From positions 1-53,837 of the forward strand of contig CAZIPJ010000002.1 in the NCBI GenBank assembly GCA_964541365.1: DNA of 53,837 nt, read 5' to 3'. Position 1 is the stretch's first letter. Every line of letters starts with the position of its first letter. The stretch is from an uncultured Lachnospiraceae bacterium (GTDB lineage: Bacteria; Bacillota; Clostridia; Christensenellales; UBA1242). Positions 31,757-41,003 of the stretch are shown in pieces. The position numbers were made by a program, and so were the translations under genes. Under the pieces are notes generated by a model. It was not told where the DNA came from. It did no database searches and saw only the letters and a list, made by a program, of their open reading frames with translations.

Positions 31757-32839
31757 ATGAAAAGAATAGTAACTAGCGAAAGCGTAAACATCGGTCACCC
31801 AGACAAAACCTGTGATTGCATAGCAGATGCCTTTTTGGACGAAGCACTAAGGCAAGACCCAAACAGCCAAATGGCAGTCGAGTGTGCAATAAAAAACAAC
31901 CGCCTGTTTATCTATGGCGAAGCGACCACAAAGGCAAAAATTGATTATAAAAAGATTGCAAGACAAGTCTTGGAAGATGTGGGTTATAAAACAAAGTTCA
32001 AAATCAAAACCGAGCTTTCAACTCAAAGTCCGGACATCAACCAAGCAGTAGTCAAGACAAAACTTTGTGCAAATGACCAAGGTATTGTCTTTGGTTATGC
32101 AACCAATGAAACCAAAGAATGTATGCCACTCCCAATTTTGGTCGCACATAAATTGATGAAAAAGTATGATGAATATCGTAGAACTACTGATGATTTTTTT
32201 GCAGATGCAAAAAGCCAAGTTTCGGTTTTGTATGAAGATGACAAACCTGTCTCTTTTGACACAATTCTTATAAGCGTCAGTCACAGCGAAGACTGCCAAG
32301 ACCTGCAAAAGAAGATTATGGATAATGTAATCACCCCCGTCCTTGACGAATACAAAAAGTATGTTAAAAAATCAACAAAATACATAATAAATCCAAGTGG
32401 AAAGTTTACAATTTGGGGAAGCTTTGGAGATAGCGGTTGTGTTGGCAGAAAAATCGTTGTAGACACCTACGGTGGCGTAGGCAAAGTTGGTGGTGGATGT
32501 TTCAGCTCCAAAAATGCAACCAAGGTGGACAGAAGTGGTGCTTATTACGCCCGCTATGTTGCCAAAAACCTTGTTGCAAACGGATTTTGTGATAGATGCG
32601 AAATTGAAGTCTCCTACGGCATAGGTCTTGAAAAGCCATTGTCCGTAAACATCAATTGTTTTGGAACAGAAAAAGTCCCACTTTCAAAAATCTATCAGAC
32701 TGTTGAACAACACTTTGATTTCTCCCCAGACAATATCATCAAAGAGTTGAACCTACTTCGACCAATATACAAGCAAACGGCTTGCTATGGGCACTTCGGC
32801 AGAAGCGAATTCCCTTGGGAGACACTCGTGTCACTCTAA
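31757..32839 (+). CDS. metK: S-adenosylmethionine synthetase
   Basis: Start at ATG 31757 with SD AAGGAG. ESVNIGHPDKTCDCIADAFLDEAL, ...GAGDQG-equivalent NDQGIVFGYA, GGGCFSSKNATKVDRSGAYYARYVAKN and ...TACYGHFGR are MetK signatures. Confidence 0.92.
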   Translation: MKRIVTSESVNIGHPDKTCDCIADAFLDEALRQDPNSQMAVECAIKNNRLFIYGEATTKAKIDYKKIARQVLEDVGYKTKFKIKTELSTQSPDINQAVVKTKLCANDQGIVFGYATNETKECMPLPILVAHKLMKKYDEYRRTTDDFFADAKSQVSVLYEDDKPVSFDTILISVSHSEDCQDLQKKIMDNVITPVLDEYKKYVKKSTKYIINPSGKFTIWGSFGDSGCVGRKIVVDTYGGVGKVGGGCFSSKNATKVDRSGAYYARYVAKNLVANGFCDRCEIEVSYGIGLEKPLSVNINCFGTEKVPLSKIYQTVEQHFDFSPDNIIKELNLLRPIYKQTACYGHFGRSEFPWETLVSL

Positions 32840-32901
32840 GGGAACTGCGCCTCTTTCTAAGTAAGTTTCCAGCTTATTTAAAGTAAATATAAAATAGAAA
32901 A

Positions 32902-32927
32902 AGAAGCAAAGCTCGCTTCTTTTTTTA
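32902..32927. terminator. Hairpin terminator between convergent metK and MGMT-family gene
   Basis: AGAAGC-aaagctc-GCTTCT followed by T7; A-rich upstream. Confidence 0.55.
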
Positions 32928-33269
32928 CAACATTAAATCATTCAGCGGACAGCCATCCGTTTCTGGCTTCCAAAGATATTTCTTCAAATCCACAACGCCG
33001 TCTTTGTCAACTTTCACCCCTTCACTTTCAAGAAGTTTTCTCTGTGCCTTTTCTCCACCGAAAGCAAAGCCTGTGCAAATCCTACCTTCTCGATTTACAA
33101 CTCTGTGGCAAGGGATTGTTGCCGTGTCTGGATTTGAGTGAAGTGCAAATCCAACAATTTGTGAAAAGCGCGGTGCGTTTAACATTTTTGCAATCTGACC
33201 ATAAGTCGCCACTTTCCCTTTTGGAATCTCTTTGACAACCGAATAAACTTTCTTAAAAAATCCTTCCAT
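32925..33269 (-). CDS. MGMT-family (methylated-DNA-protein-cysteine methyltransferase C-terminal domain) protein
   Basis: 114 aa. IPKGKVATYGQIAKML...IPCHRVVNREGRI contains the PCHR active-site motif of the Ogt/Ada C-domain. Confidence 0.7.
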   Translation of the reverse strand: MEGFFKKVYSVVKEIPKGKVATYGQIAKMLNAPRFSQIVGFALHSNPDTATIPCHRVVNREGRICTGFAFGGEKAQRKLLESEGVKVDKDGVVDLKKYLWKPETDGCPLNDLML

Positions 33270-33272
33270 AGT

Positions 33273-35210
33273 TCACCCCAACAAAGATACAAATTCCACA
33301 CTCTGTTTTTCAACTGGCTGCAAATCTGTCACCACATATCTAAACTCTGTGTAAAGCACACCGTTTTGAGTATAAGACTCAACCTTATCTTTTTTCAAAA
33401 CACCACTGCCCATTTGTACATCAAACGCAGTTTCAGAGAAATAGATACTTCCAGAAACTCTGAACGCAATTGTTTCTTCTGACTTGACGGTTTTGATTAT
33501 CTGTGAATTTCTTTGCAGCAAAGTCCAATCTGTATCTTCCGAAATCACTGCGAACTCAACGCCGCTCACTCTTGAATCTTGGAAATCATAAGAAATTTTT
33601 AAGTCCTGAGCGAAATTCTTGAATTCAGTAAAACTTATTTCCTTATCAATTTCGCAATCAAATTCAAGCTGAAAACTTAAATAACGGTTTCGTGTTTCAT
33701 CATAGAACGCAGTCAAAATATAGCCATCTGAAAGTTCAACGCTCTGGTTTTCTGTCTTGGTCAAATCGATTTTGTTCTTTAATGAAAGTGTGGTTGTTAC
33801 AATATCATACTTAGGAGTTTCAGGTTCTTCCAGATTAGGCTCAGTCTCTTCATCTACCAAATTTGGAGTTTCTTCAAGCAAATGAATGTTCCCGACCTGA
33901 ATGTTAAAATCATAAAGGTCGTACTTTGAAACAACACCATTCAATGCTGAGTCAAAGCTATACTTCCAAAAGAGCGCAACTTTCTCACCTTTCACCACTG
34001 AAAGTTTGCCATCTTCATTAGGGATTTCTCCAATCTTTTCTCCATCTCCATCAAGCAAATAAAGTTTTGGATTTAATCCTTGTGTTTGCTCGTCATCTGA
34101 TATGGAAACTTGATAAACTGTGTCATTGTAAGATATATCTTTTACTTTGATTGTATAGTTTACTTCTCCAAATTCTGATGTTGAAAATGGAGTGATTCCG
34201 CTAGGGATAACATAACGCAATACGCTGTCTGTTTGCAAATTGGATTCTTCTGCAAGTTCAAGTTGAAGGTCATTTAGAAAGACTTTCATATTGTCATACA
34301 CAAGAGTATCTCTAACTGTGCTTTTTGCAACATTCACAATTCCGCCCGTCAAATAATCTATTATACTTGGTGCGGTAACCGTGTAATTTATATTTGCTTG
34401 TGGGGCATTTATAGTATATCGCCTGTAAGACAAATCTTTGAAGTTTACAACAATTGTGTAGTTTTGTTCTTTCACATTTGGCAAAGTCACTGTGTAATAG
34501 CCCAAGCTTGCCGACAAAGTGCAACTTGCAACAGTCTCGTTTCCATTTTCATCACGAAGCTTAAAAGGTTGAGCATTGAATAAATCAAAAATGTCATCCC
34601 CCTTTTCAGCATCGCCAAATCTAATTCTGAAAGAATTGAAATTCTCGTCTGAAAAAGCTCTTTCAAACTTTGGTTCTTCTGATGAAACAAAGTCATAAAA
34701 ACTTTCAAATGTTCCATCTTCGTCAATGTCAATAAATGTGTTTTGCATATTCAATTTTGCAGTTTCATCTTCCGCATTTTCAACTTCAAACGCATAGCTT
34801 ACAGAGACCTGCTTCACGCCAGCAATTGAGACTTTCAAGTCGTCATTTATGTTTGCCAGAGTGAAATTTCCATACACCAGATTGTCGCTTCCAATTGCGC
34901 AATCATAATCTCTGTTTTTAATTACGGTCTTATCTTTTCCGTCTACTTTCACGACCAACCCTGAAAAATCAACGCCATACTTGGACGCAACGAGCTCAAC
35001 CCGCAGATTAAGCCCTTTTTTAAGGTTGTAATTGTTTCCCCTGCCTTCAATTGTTTTATCGCCTTGCTTGACAACAATTTCAACATAGTCAGAACTTTCT
35101 CTGTCCACTGAAAAAGAAAGTTTTACATTGTCAGAACCACACGCAGAAAGCGTCAATCCGGCAACAAACAGACACACTGCCATCGCCAAACAAACAAAAA
35201 GTTTTTTCAT
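33273..35210 (-). CDS. 645-aa surface lipoprotein, unknown function
   Basis: Lipobox signal MKKLFVCLAMAVCLFVAGLTLSAC. Beta-rich, Asn/Asp/Val-rich sequence with no catalytic motif. Confidence 0.6.
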   Translation of the reverse strand: MKKLFVCLAMAVCLFVAGLTLSACGSDNVKLSFSVDRESSDYVEIVVKQGDKTIEGRGNNYNLKKGLNLRVELVASKYGVDFSGLVVKVDGKDKTVIKNRDYDCAIGSDNLVYGNFTLANINDDLKVSIAGVKQVSVSYAFEVENAEDETAKLNMQNTFIDIDEDGTFESFYDFVSSEEPKFERAFSDENFNSFRIRFGDAEKGDDIFDLFNAQPFKLRDENGNETVASCTLSASLGYYTVTLPNVKEQNYTIVVNFKDLSYRRYTINAPQANINYTVTAPSIIDYLTGGIVNVAKSTVRDTLVYDNMKVFLNDLQLELAEESNLQTDSVLRYVIPSGITPFSTSEFGEVNYTIKVKDISYNDTVYQVSISDDEQTQGLNPKLYLLDGDGEKIGEIPNEDGKLSVVKGEKVALFWKYSFDSALNGVVSKYDLYDFNIQVGNIHLLEETPNLVDEETEPNLEEPETPKYDIVTTTLSLKNKIDLTKTENQSVELSDGYILTAFYDETRNRYLSFQLEFDCEIDKEISFTEFKNFAQDLKISYDFQDSRVSGVEFAVISEDTDWTLLQRNSQIIKTVKSEETIAFRVSGSIYFSETAFDVQMGSGVLKKDKVESYTQNGVLYTEFRYVVTDLQPVEKQSVEFVSLLG

Positions 35211-35271
35211 ACTTTTCTCCTATGCTTTTGTTATATTTAGTATAGCACAGAACAAAAAAATCTTCCTAGCA

Positions 35272-35303
35272 AATCAAATAAAAATGATGCAATTTCTTGC
35301 ATC
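35272..35303 (-). terminator. Rho-independent terminator after the Rrf2 regulator gene
   Basis: GATGCAA-tttc-TTGCATC (35286-35303), followed on the minus strand by a T-rich run. Confidence 0.55.
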
Positions 35304-35325
35304 ACATTTTAAAATTTTAAAGTTT

Positions 35326-35745
35326 TTATTTTTGGATTTTTCTTTCACAAGTCTGTTCCACCAAGTCTTTAAGGGTGACACTTTCCAAATAACTGTTGAT
35401 TATATTGTTGAGCGTATTCCAAACTCCAATCGTGTCGCACTTGTCTGCCTTTGGACAATCTTCACCAACAGTGCAAGTTGAGACTTTGATGCTATCGCCT
35501 GTCGCGTCCAAAATCTGCTTGACGCTGATATCCTTGGTGTCCTTTGAAAGCTTGTATCCGCCGTTCGCTCCACGCATACTCTCAACCAACTTGGCTTTTG
35601 AAAGCATCGCGATGATTTTTTCAAGATATTTTATTGAAATTTGCTGTCTCTGCGCAATATCACCAAGTGACACAAATCCTTCCTTGCATTTTGCAATATC
35701 TGCCATAACTCTTACGGCATATCTTCCTTTTGTTGTTATTTCCAT
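35326..35745 (-). CDS. Rrf2-family transcriptional regulator (IscR/CymR-like)
   Basis: MEITTKGRYAVRVMADIAK...VSLGDIAQRQQISIKYLEKIIAMLSKAKLVESMRGANGGYKL is the canonical Rrf2 wHTH. The Cys cluster CTVGEDCPKADKC suggests Fe-S binding. Confidence 0.85.
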   Translation of the reverse strand: MEITTKGRYAVRVMADIAKCKEGFVSLGDIAQRQQISIKYLEKIIAMLSKAKLVESMRGANGGYKLSKDTKDISVKQILDATGDSIKVSTCTVGEDCPKADKCDTIGVWNTLNNIINSYLESVTLKDLVEQTCERKIQK

Positions 35746-35757
35746 CCGTTTCTCCTG

Positions 35758-36660
35758 TCAATTTTGATAAAATGCAAGGATATCTGCATACACCTTTTTG
35801 TTGTCTTTTTCGTTCAAAATTTCGTGTCTCATCCCAGCATATCCAATTTGTTTAATATTTTTAAATCCAGCTTTTTCCAAAGTCTTACGAGACTGTGCTC
35901 TGCCCCTGTCTCCTTTTGTGCAAGGGTCATCTTCTCCCGCAATAAGAAGCAGTGGCATATCGGCATTGACATCAACGAAAGCTTCACTTTTGTTCATCTG
36001 CATAACAAGCTCAAACAAGTCATTGAAAGCAGAAATTGTGAATCCAACTCCGCAAAGCGGGTCATTTAGATACTCTTTGACTGTTTCTTCATTTGCACAA
36101 ACCCAGTCAACTTCCGTCTTTGGATTTTTGATGTCATTGTTAAACATCCCCACGCCAAGTTTTTCAATCAGTTTTGATTTGTATTTTGCACCTTTAAGCA
36201 CTTGAATCACATCTGTCAAGAAAACTCCAAATCCTGCACCAGATTGGTAGGCAGGATATCCACTCAAAACAACCTTGTCGTATTTTTTTGAATAGCTTTG
36301 GAGTACCACACGAGAAATGATTGTCCCCATTGAGTGTGCAAAAAGGTAGACTGGAAGTGAAGCAAACTTTTCTCCAATGAAATCACGGATTTGCTTATGG
36401 TCAGAAACAAGAAGTTTGTCTCCGCCTTTGCCAGAGAAGAAACCAAGCTCCTGAGCATTCTGTCCGTGCCCACGCATATCGGCAGAGACCACAGTAAAGC
36501 CGTTGGCATTTAAAAAATTGGCAAAGTCTTCATAGCGCTCTTGATGTTCTTCCATACCGTGTGCAATTTGCACAACAGCTTTTGCGTCTTTGACTTGAAA
36601 GATATGCAAATCAAGTTGATAGCCATCTTTTGCTTTCAAAAACACTTGTTCCATAAACAT
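35758..36660 (-). CDS. Alpha/beta hydrolase (lysophospholipase/monoacylglycerol lipase-like)
   Basis: 300 aa. HGMEEH oxyanion region, nucleophile elbow AHSMGT (GxSxG). C-terminal GEDDP...MRHEI is consistent with a Ser-Asp-His triad. Confidence 0.75.
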   Translation of the reverse strand: MFMEQVFLKAKDGYQLDLHIFQVKDAKAVVQIAHGMEEHQERYEDFANFLNANGFTVVSADMRGHGQNAQELGFFSGKGGDKLLVSDHKQIRDFIGEKFASLPVYLFAHSMGTIISRVVLQSYSKKYDKVVLSGYPAYQSGAGFGVFLTDVIQVLKGAKYKSKLIEKLGVGMFNNDIKNPKTEVDWVCANEETVKEYLNDPLCGVGFTISAFNDLFELVMQMNKSEAFVDVNADMPLLLIAGEDDPCTKGDRGRAQSRKTLEKAGFKNIKQIGYAGMRHEILNEKDNKKVYADILAFYQN

Positions 36661-36779
36661 CTCCCATTCACAATTATTTTAATATAATCTGCAAATAAAA
36701 AGCAAATATTTATAAACCACACATTTCAGATAAACATTATTTCATTTTTAGCTAACCTAGAATAAAGTTTATTTTCTTG

Positions 36780-37562
36780 TCACTTTACAAGCGAATCCAA
36801 GAATTTCGCAACGCCGTCATCATCCACACTTTCCACAACAATGTCTGCAACACTTTTCAATCCATCAACCGCATTTGAAACAGCAACACTACATTTCGTT
36901 GCAGAAAACATTGGAAGGTCATTGAGTCCATCCCCAATTGAAATTGTGTCATTATAATTTGCCTTCAAATGTTGCATAAGTTTTTTCACTGCCACGCCCT
37001 TGTTTGCAACTTCTGACGCAAAATCAATGTAATTCTCACCCTTGTGGATGCCATAGTTTGCAACGGTAATCCCTTTTATTCCGTATATTATATTTTTCAT
37101 CTCTTCCACTAATTTGTCTGGAATTCCAATAAAAAATCCCCCGACAACTTTATGTTTTTCAAAGACTTCATCCAAACTTGCAAATTCTCTTTCAGTTTCG
37201 TCAAACCTTGTTCTCTTTGACGCAAAACGAAAATCTGCATCAATGTTTAAAACAAGCCTAAACCCGTATTTTTTGGAAACCTTAAAAAGTTTTTCAATAT
37301 TTTCTCTTGAAATCTCTGATGCAAAAACACTCTTTCTTGTTTTAGTGTCAAAAACTTCTCCACCATTTGAATCGATGATATATCTAAATCCGCCAAACCT
37401 TTGCGCATACTCTTCTGTTTTGCTTCGGTTTCTTCCTGTTGTCAAAACAAAGACATTACCCGCAGCAACAAATCTTTTGACAGATTCTATACACTCTTGT
37501 GAAAAATTCCCAACTTTTGGTTTTATTGTGTTGTCAATATCACTAAAAACTATAAGTCCCAT
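36780..37562 (-). CDS. Cof-type HAD-IIB phosphatase
   Basis: MGLIVFSDIDNTI (DxDxT), TGR, and the C-terminal GDGLNDLPMF motif. Confidence 0.8.
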   Translation of the reverse strand: MGLIVFSDIDNTIKPKVGNFSQECIESVKRFVAAGNVFVLTTGRNRSKTEEYAQRFGGFRYIIDSNGGEVFDTKTRKSVFASEISRENIEKLFKVSKKYGFRLVLNIDADFRFASKRTRFDETEREFASLDEVFEKHKVVGGFFIGIPDKLVEEMKNIIYGIKGITVANYGIHKGENYIDFASEVANKGVAVKKLMQHLKANYNDTISIGDGLNDLPMFSATKCSVAVSNAVDGLKSVADIVVESVDDDGVAKFLDSLVK

Positions 37563-37575
37563 CTCGTCTCCCGCT

Positions 37576-38142
37576 TTATTTGTTTTTGTTTAATGAATTT
37601 ACATAATTTTGTGCTTTATCAAGGTATCTAAGCATTGAATCTGATGGCACAAGTTTTCTTGCTTTTGAAATTGGCATCCAAGCAATCTCTGAACTTTCGT
37701 CCGAAATCTTAAATTTTTTATCATCAACAATAAACAAAAATCTTATGTCATAATGCAAGTGCTCTGGCTCTTTCTTCTTTGGATTTTCCGGAATAATGTG
37801 TACATCAACATCCATTATCTTTCCGCCAGCATCATCAAACTTTGCGATTCCACTTTCTTCAAAAACTTCTCTTTTTGCAACATTTAAAGAGTCTTCTTCT
37901 CCGTCGCTGTGTCCGCCAAAGTGCAACCACTTGTTTAAAGCTTTGTGATGATTGAGAAGGACATTTCCCTTTTTGTCCACAACAAGTGCACCTGCAACAA
38001 TATGCCCAGCAAGCCTTGTTCTTCGGAAACAATCTCCATTTTTATCATCCGCAATAAGTTTTTTAATCTTTTCAAGACTCTCCGCTTCGCTTTGGTCACT
38101 TGGAATAAACTCTGAGAGTGCTTTTCTCAAATCAAATTTCAT
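37576..38142 (-). CDS. NUDIX hydrolase
   Basis: Start at ATG 38142 (MKFDLRKAL). Nudix box GGHSDGEEDSLNVAKREVFEESGI. Confidence 0.75.
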   Translation of the reverse strand: MKFDLRKALSEFIPSDQSEAESLEKIKKLIADDKNGDCFRRTRLAGHIVAGALVVDKKGNVLLNHHKALNKWLHFGGHSDGEEDSLNVAKREVFEESGIAKFDDAGGKIMDVDVHIIPENPKKKEPEHLHYDIRFLFIVDDKKFKISDESSEIAWMPISKARKLVPSDSMLRYLDKAQNYVNSLNKNK

Positions 38143-38231
38143 ATTCTTTTCAAAATCTCCTTTATATTTTTGATTATACCACACCCAATAAAAAACATAA
38201 AATAAAAACACGGCATATCTTCGCCGTGTTT

Positions 38232-38573
38232 TTATTTAAATTCACTTTCATCCAAAAGCGGAACGATGTCTATTGCAGGCTCTTCGTAAGGATGTGCTTT
38301 TCTTAAAGCATCAACAACTTTTTTCACTTTTGACACATCACAAACTACTTCCAATTTTTCTTCTTCAACAAACTCCAATTTTCCACAAATCCCAATGTGT
38401 GGTTCTGCATTTTCATTTGGCAGAAATGTCCCTACACTTTTCACACTTGTGGTACAAAAGGAATAATTGCCAATAACCCCTGCACCAGCATCACATACAG
38501 CTTGTCTCACCTTTTCCAAATCTTCAACTGGCACAGTCACAAAAATCTTAACTCTCTTCACATTAAATTTCAT
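38232..38573 (-). CDS. Stand-alone Nif3 (YbgI/YqfO) insertion-domain-like protein (PII/CutA-like fold)
   Basis: 113 aa. VKIFVTVPVEDLEKVRQAVCDAGAGVIGNYSFCTTSVKSVGTFLPNENAEPHIGICGKLEFVEEEKLEVVC...ALRKAHPYEEPAIDIVPL follows the pattern of the inserted domain of Nif3-family proteins (...AGAG.IGNY..C.F...G.G.F.P.....P.IG..G....V.E.++E..........+...+.+HPYEE.AYD+.P). Confidence 0.55.
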   Translation of the reverse strand: MKFNVKRVKIFVTVPVEDLEKVRQAVCDAGAGVIGNYSFCTTSVKSVGTFLPNENAEPHIGICGKLEFVEEEKLEVVCDVSKVKKVVDALRKAHPYEEPAIDIVPLLDESEFK

Positions 38574-38574
38574 A

Positions 38575-39003
38575 TTATTTAAACCCCTTAGATTTCAACC
38601 AGTCAATAACTGGCTTGCTGTCGGTCTCATCCACTGGAACATTGTATCTGACAGAGATTTCTTCAAGTCTTCCTTGAAATGAAACATAATTGCCAACACT
38701 GTCGATGTGCATATCTGCCCAGTTTAAAATGTCCAACAATTCGCTTTCATATTCTGGAGCAACTTCTCCGTGGTAATAAACTTCTTTCCAGTGTTTATAA
38801 CCAAGCCTTTTTAAAATACCCCCCCGGATAACTTTATGTTTTAGTTATTCTTTTAGATCATCAAATTCCTAGCCATGATCTTGAAAAATTCCCAACATAT
38901 AATAGTCTTCAACTTCTTCCTTTGACATATGTTTTTCTTCTGCATACTTTTTCATAAATTCAGCGACACCCCAAATGTGTCCTTTTCTATCTTGTGAAAT
39001 CAT
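38575..39003 (-). pseudogene. Disrupted small gene (two in-frame stops, G7 tract), function unknown
   Basis: Minus-strand translation from ATG 39003: MISQDRKGHIWGVAEFMKKYAEEKHMSKEEVEDYYMLGIFQDHG-TAG-EFDDLKE-TAA-LKHKVIRGGILKRLGYKHWKEVYYHGEVAPEYESELLDILNWADMHIDSVGNYVSFQGRLEEISVRYNVPVDETDSKPVIDWLKSKGFK. All of this is in one frame. Confidence 0.35.
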
Positions 39004-39011
39004 AAATCCCC

Positions 39012-39484
39012 CTAATTATTCTTTTCTGCCCACTCTCTAAGCACTTTGACAGCCAATTCTCTTTCCACTTCTGACACAACTTCAATGTCACAATTTGAAA
39101 GTCTTGCCAGTTCCTTCGTGTCTGTTTCAACTTCTTGAACAACATACTTGCTGGAATCCTGCAAGGTCGCACCGTAAACAATTCTCTTAAAGTTTTTATT
39201 CAGAACAAATCCCATACAAATCATACAAGGCTGACAACTTGTGTAAAGTGTGCAATCTTCCAGTCCACCGTAAATCCATCCATAATTACCCCCCCCAAGC
39301 CAGATTCAATAGCATTTTGTATTGCTCTGTATTCTGCGTGGGGATAAACCCTAAGTCCACTTTCTTGAATTTTCTTGTCGCTTCTTCCGACAATCTTGCC
39401 ATCCTTAACAATAATCGCACCAAAAGGATATTCTTCTTTGCTTGATATATCAATCGCAATTTTCATAAAATCGCTGTCTGTCAT
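39012..39484 (-). pseudogene. CDA-fold nucleoside/nucleotide deaminase gene interrupted by a frameshift in a G8 tract
   Basis: Track ORFs 39221-39484 (MTDSDFMKIAIDIS...PFGAIIVKDGKIVG...YPHAEYRAIQNAIESGLGG) and 39012-39224 (...MICMGFVLNKNFKRIVYGATL). In the third frame just after the plus-strand C8 (39286-39293) I read NYGWIYGGLEDCTLYTSCQPCMICMGF. HAE and PCxxC are therefore both present but out of frame, and a 1-nt change in tract length rejoins them. Confidence 0.7.
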
Positions 39485-39605
39485 TTTTTGGTTTCCCCTT
39501 TTTCAAGATTATAAAACTTGAAGTAATATCCAAGTCAAGCAATTTGTTGTTTTTTCAAAAAATCATCGAGAAAAAGATAAAAGCGTCAGAAAATCTGACA
39601 CTTTT

Positions 39606-40163
39606 TTACTCTTCAATAATATTCACCCACTTGAACGCTTCGTGCTGACGGAGCGAAATCTTCTCGCCTTTCTCGTAATAGTTATATGAATAGGTTGTGA
39701 TAACTTTTTCATCCATCTGCACTTTGACTCTGTACACAGCTGAGACGAGTTCCACTTCTCCTTTGCCGTTTTTAACTTTCTTCATATTTGCGATTTCTGT
39801 TGAAAGTGTGCAAGAAAGCACAACGCCAGTTTTTGCAGGAATATCAAGATTCATACGGTACCTTTGCAAATATGCTTTTTCAACAAGCTTTGCAGTCAAA
39901 ATGACAGTCCAAACAAAGACGAACAGCACGCCAAAGAGAATAATCATTACAATATACTCTTTCAAGAAAAACATAACAGTCATCGTGATTATTCCGCCAC
40001 CAACAATCACAGAAAGAACAATCATCCACAGCTTCATCCAAAAGCCACCTTCTTGCCAATTTTTTGCAGCTTGCGACCTAAGGTGTCTTCCATATTCTTG
40101 GTTTTCCATAACAACCTTTTCTTCGTTTTCTTTCTGTTGTTCTTGTTCAAGATTTTCTTCCAT
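39606..40163 (-). CDS. Two-TM membrane protein, unknown function
   Basis: 185 aa. Acidic N-terminus, two adjacent hydrophobic segments (LWMIVLSVIVGGGIITMTVMFF, IVMIILFGVLFVFVWTVILTA), beta-rich C-domain. A hairpin GTCAGA-aaa-TCTGAC (39585-39599) follows. Confidence 0.5.
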   Translation of the reverse strand: MEENLEQEQQKENEEKVVMENQEYGRHLRSQAAKNWQEGGFWMKLWMIVLSVIVGGGIITMTVMFFLKEYIVMIILFGVLFVFVWTVILTAKLVEKAYLQRYRMNLDIPAKTGVVLSCTLSTEIANMKKVKNGKGEVELVSAVYRVKVQMDEKVITTYSYNYYEKGEKISLRQHEAFKWVNIIEE

Positions 40164-40221
40164 AGAACTCTCCTATCTCAATTATATCACAAATTTTGCA
40201 TTTTCAAATCATTTTGCTTTA

Positions 40222-40803
40222 TTATTTACCAAAAACTTTGTTTATAAATTTCTCAACTTCCGCCCAGTTGTTTACTCTAACTATGTTCAATTTCTTCAAC
40301 TCAGCATCAGGAATATTCTTGTTATGAAAACAAGTGAAAAGCAACTTATACTTTATGTCTCCGCCCATATTTTGCACTCTGTCATCAATAATCATATCTG
40401 CTTTAAAAACATCTTTCTGAGCAGAGAATATGATGTTGTCAGGTGGGAAGAAAGGAAGAGTTGTAAGCAAATATTTCCACTTGTCAAAAAACTGTCTTCC
40501 CATATCAAGTTCTCTCTCATAATGACAAGCATTCGTAAGAAATAGCACTCTGTATTTGTTTGTCAGTTTTTCCAAAACTTCATAAGCCCCATCTTTCAGC
40601 GGTAAATTTTCATAGGAATCCACCGTTGTAAAAAAGTCATAAAACTTGTTTATTTCTTCATCTGTGGGGAAAAGTTCCTTTTCATATTTAATAGTATTGA
40701 AGTCATTTTCTGTATACTCCCTCCCCCGCAAATATTTATTTATGACGGGGATAAAATGGTTTTTGCAGATTACATCATCAACATCAATCAAAATTGTTTT
40801 CAT
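40222..40803 (-). CDS. HAD-superfamily 5'(3')-deoxyribonucleotidase-like (NT5C/YorS-like) protein
   Basis: MKTILIDVDDVI (DxDxV motif I), LFLTNA (motif II-like), MIIDDR (motif IV-like). The size and pattern fit the NT5C family. Confidence 0.55.
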   Translation of the reverse strand: MKTILIDVDDVICKNHFIPVINKYLRGREYTENDFNTIKYEKELFPTDEEINKFYDFFTTVDSYENLPLKDGAYEVLEKLTNKYRVLFLTNACHYERELDMGRQFFDKWKYLLTTLPFFPPDNIIFSAQKDVFKADMIIDDRVQNMGGDIKYKLLFTCFHNKNIPDAELKKLNIVRVNNWAEVEKFINKVFGK

Positions 40804-41003
40804 AGAGCCACCTTCACTTTTTCACTTATTTTGGGAATTCTTTGCAGAAACATCATCTGCAACTGTTTTTATTTTTAAACATTTTAACAAACTTGAACGA
40901 AAATTGCAATTTAATCTGAAAGTTTATTCGACATTTTCAGACACTTTGTTTGACTTATGAAAAACCGAGTTGTATAATCAAGAAAGAAACAAAGGAGAAA
41001 TAT

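Noticed and set aside
38820-38880. In-frame TAG/TAA read as evidence for stop-codon reassignment
   Set aside because: TAA terminates the well-supported genes I checked in this window (for example the Nif3-domain gene, the MGMT-family gene and the first ESCRT-III-like gene), and I saw no other internal in-frame stop in any well-supported gene. A local pseudogene is far more likely.
39697-40545. 282-aa plus-strand ORF spanning two minus-strand genes and their intergenic region
   Set aside because: It crosses a gene boundary on the opposite strand, has no SD, and is low-complexity Ser/Phe/Ile-rich sequence. Treated as a shadow ORF.
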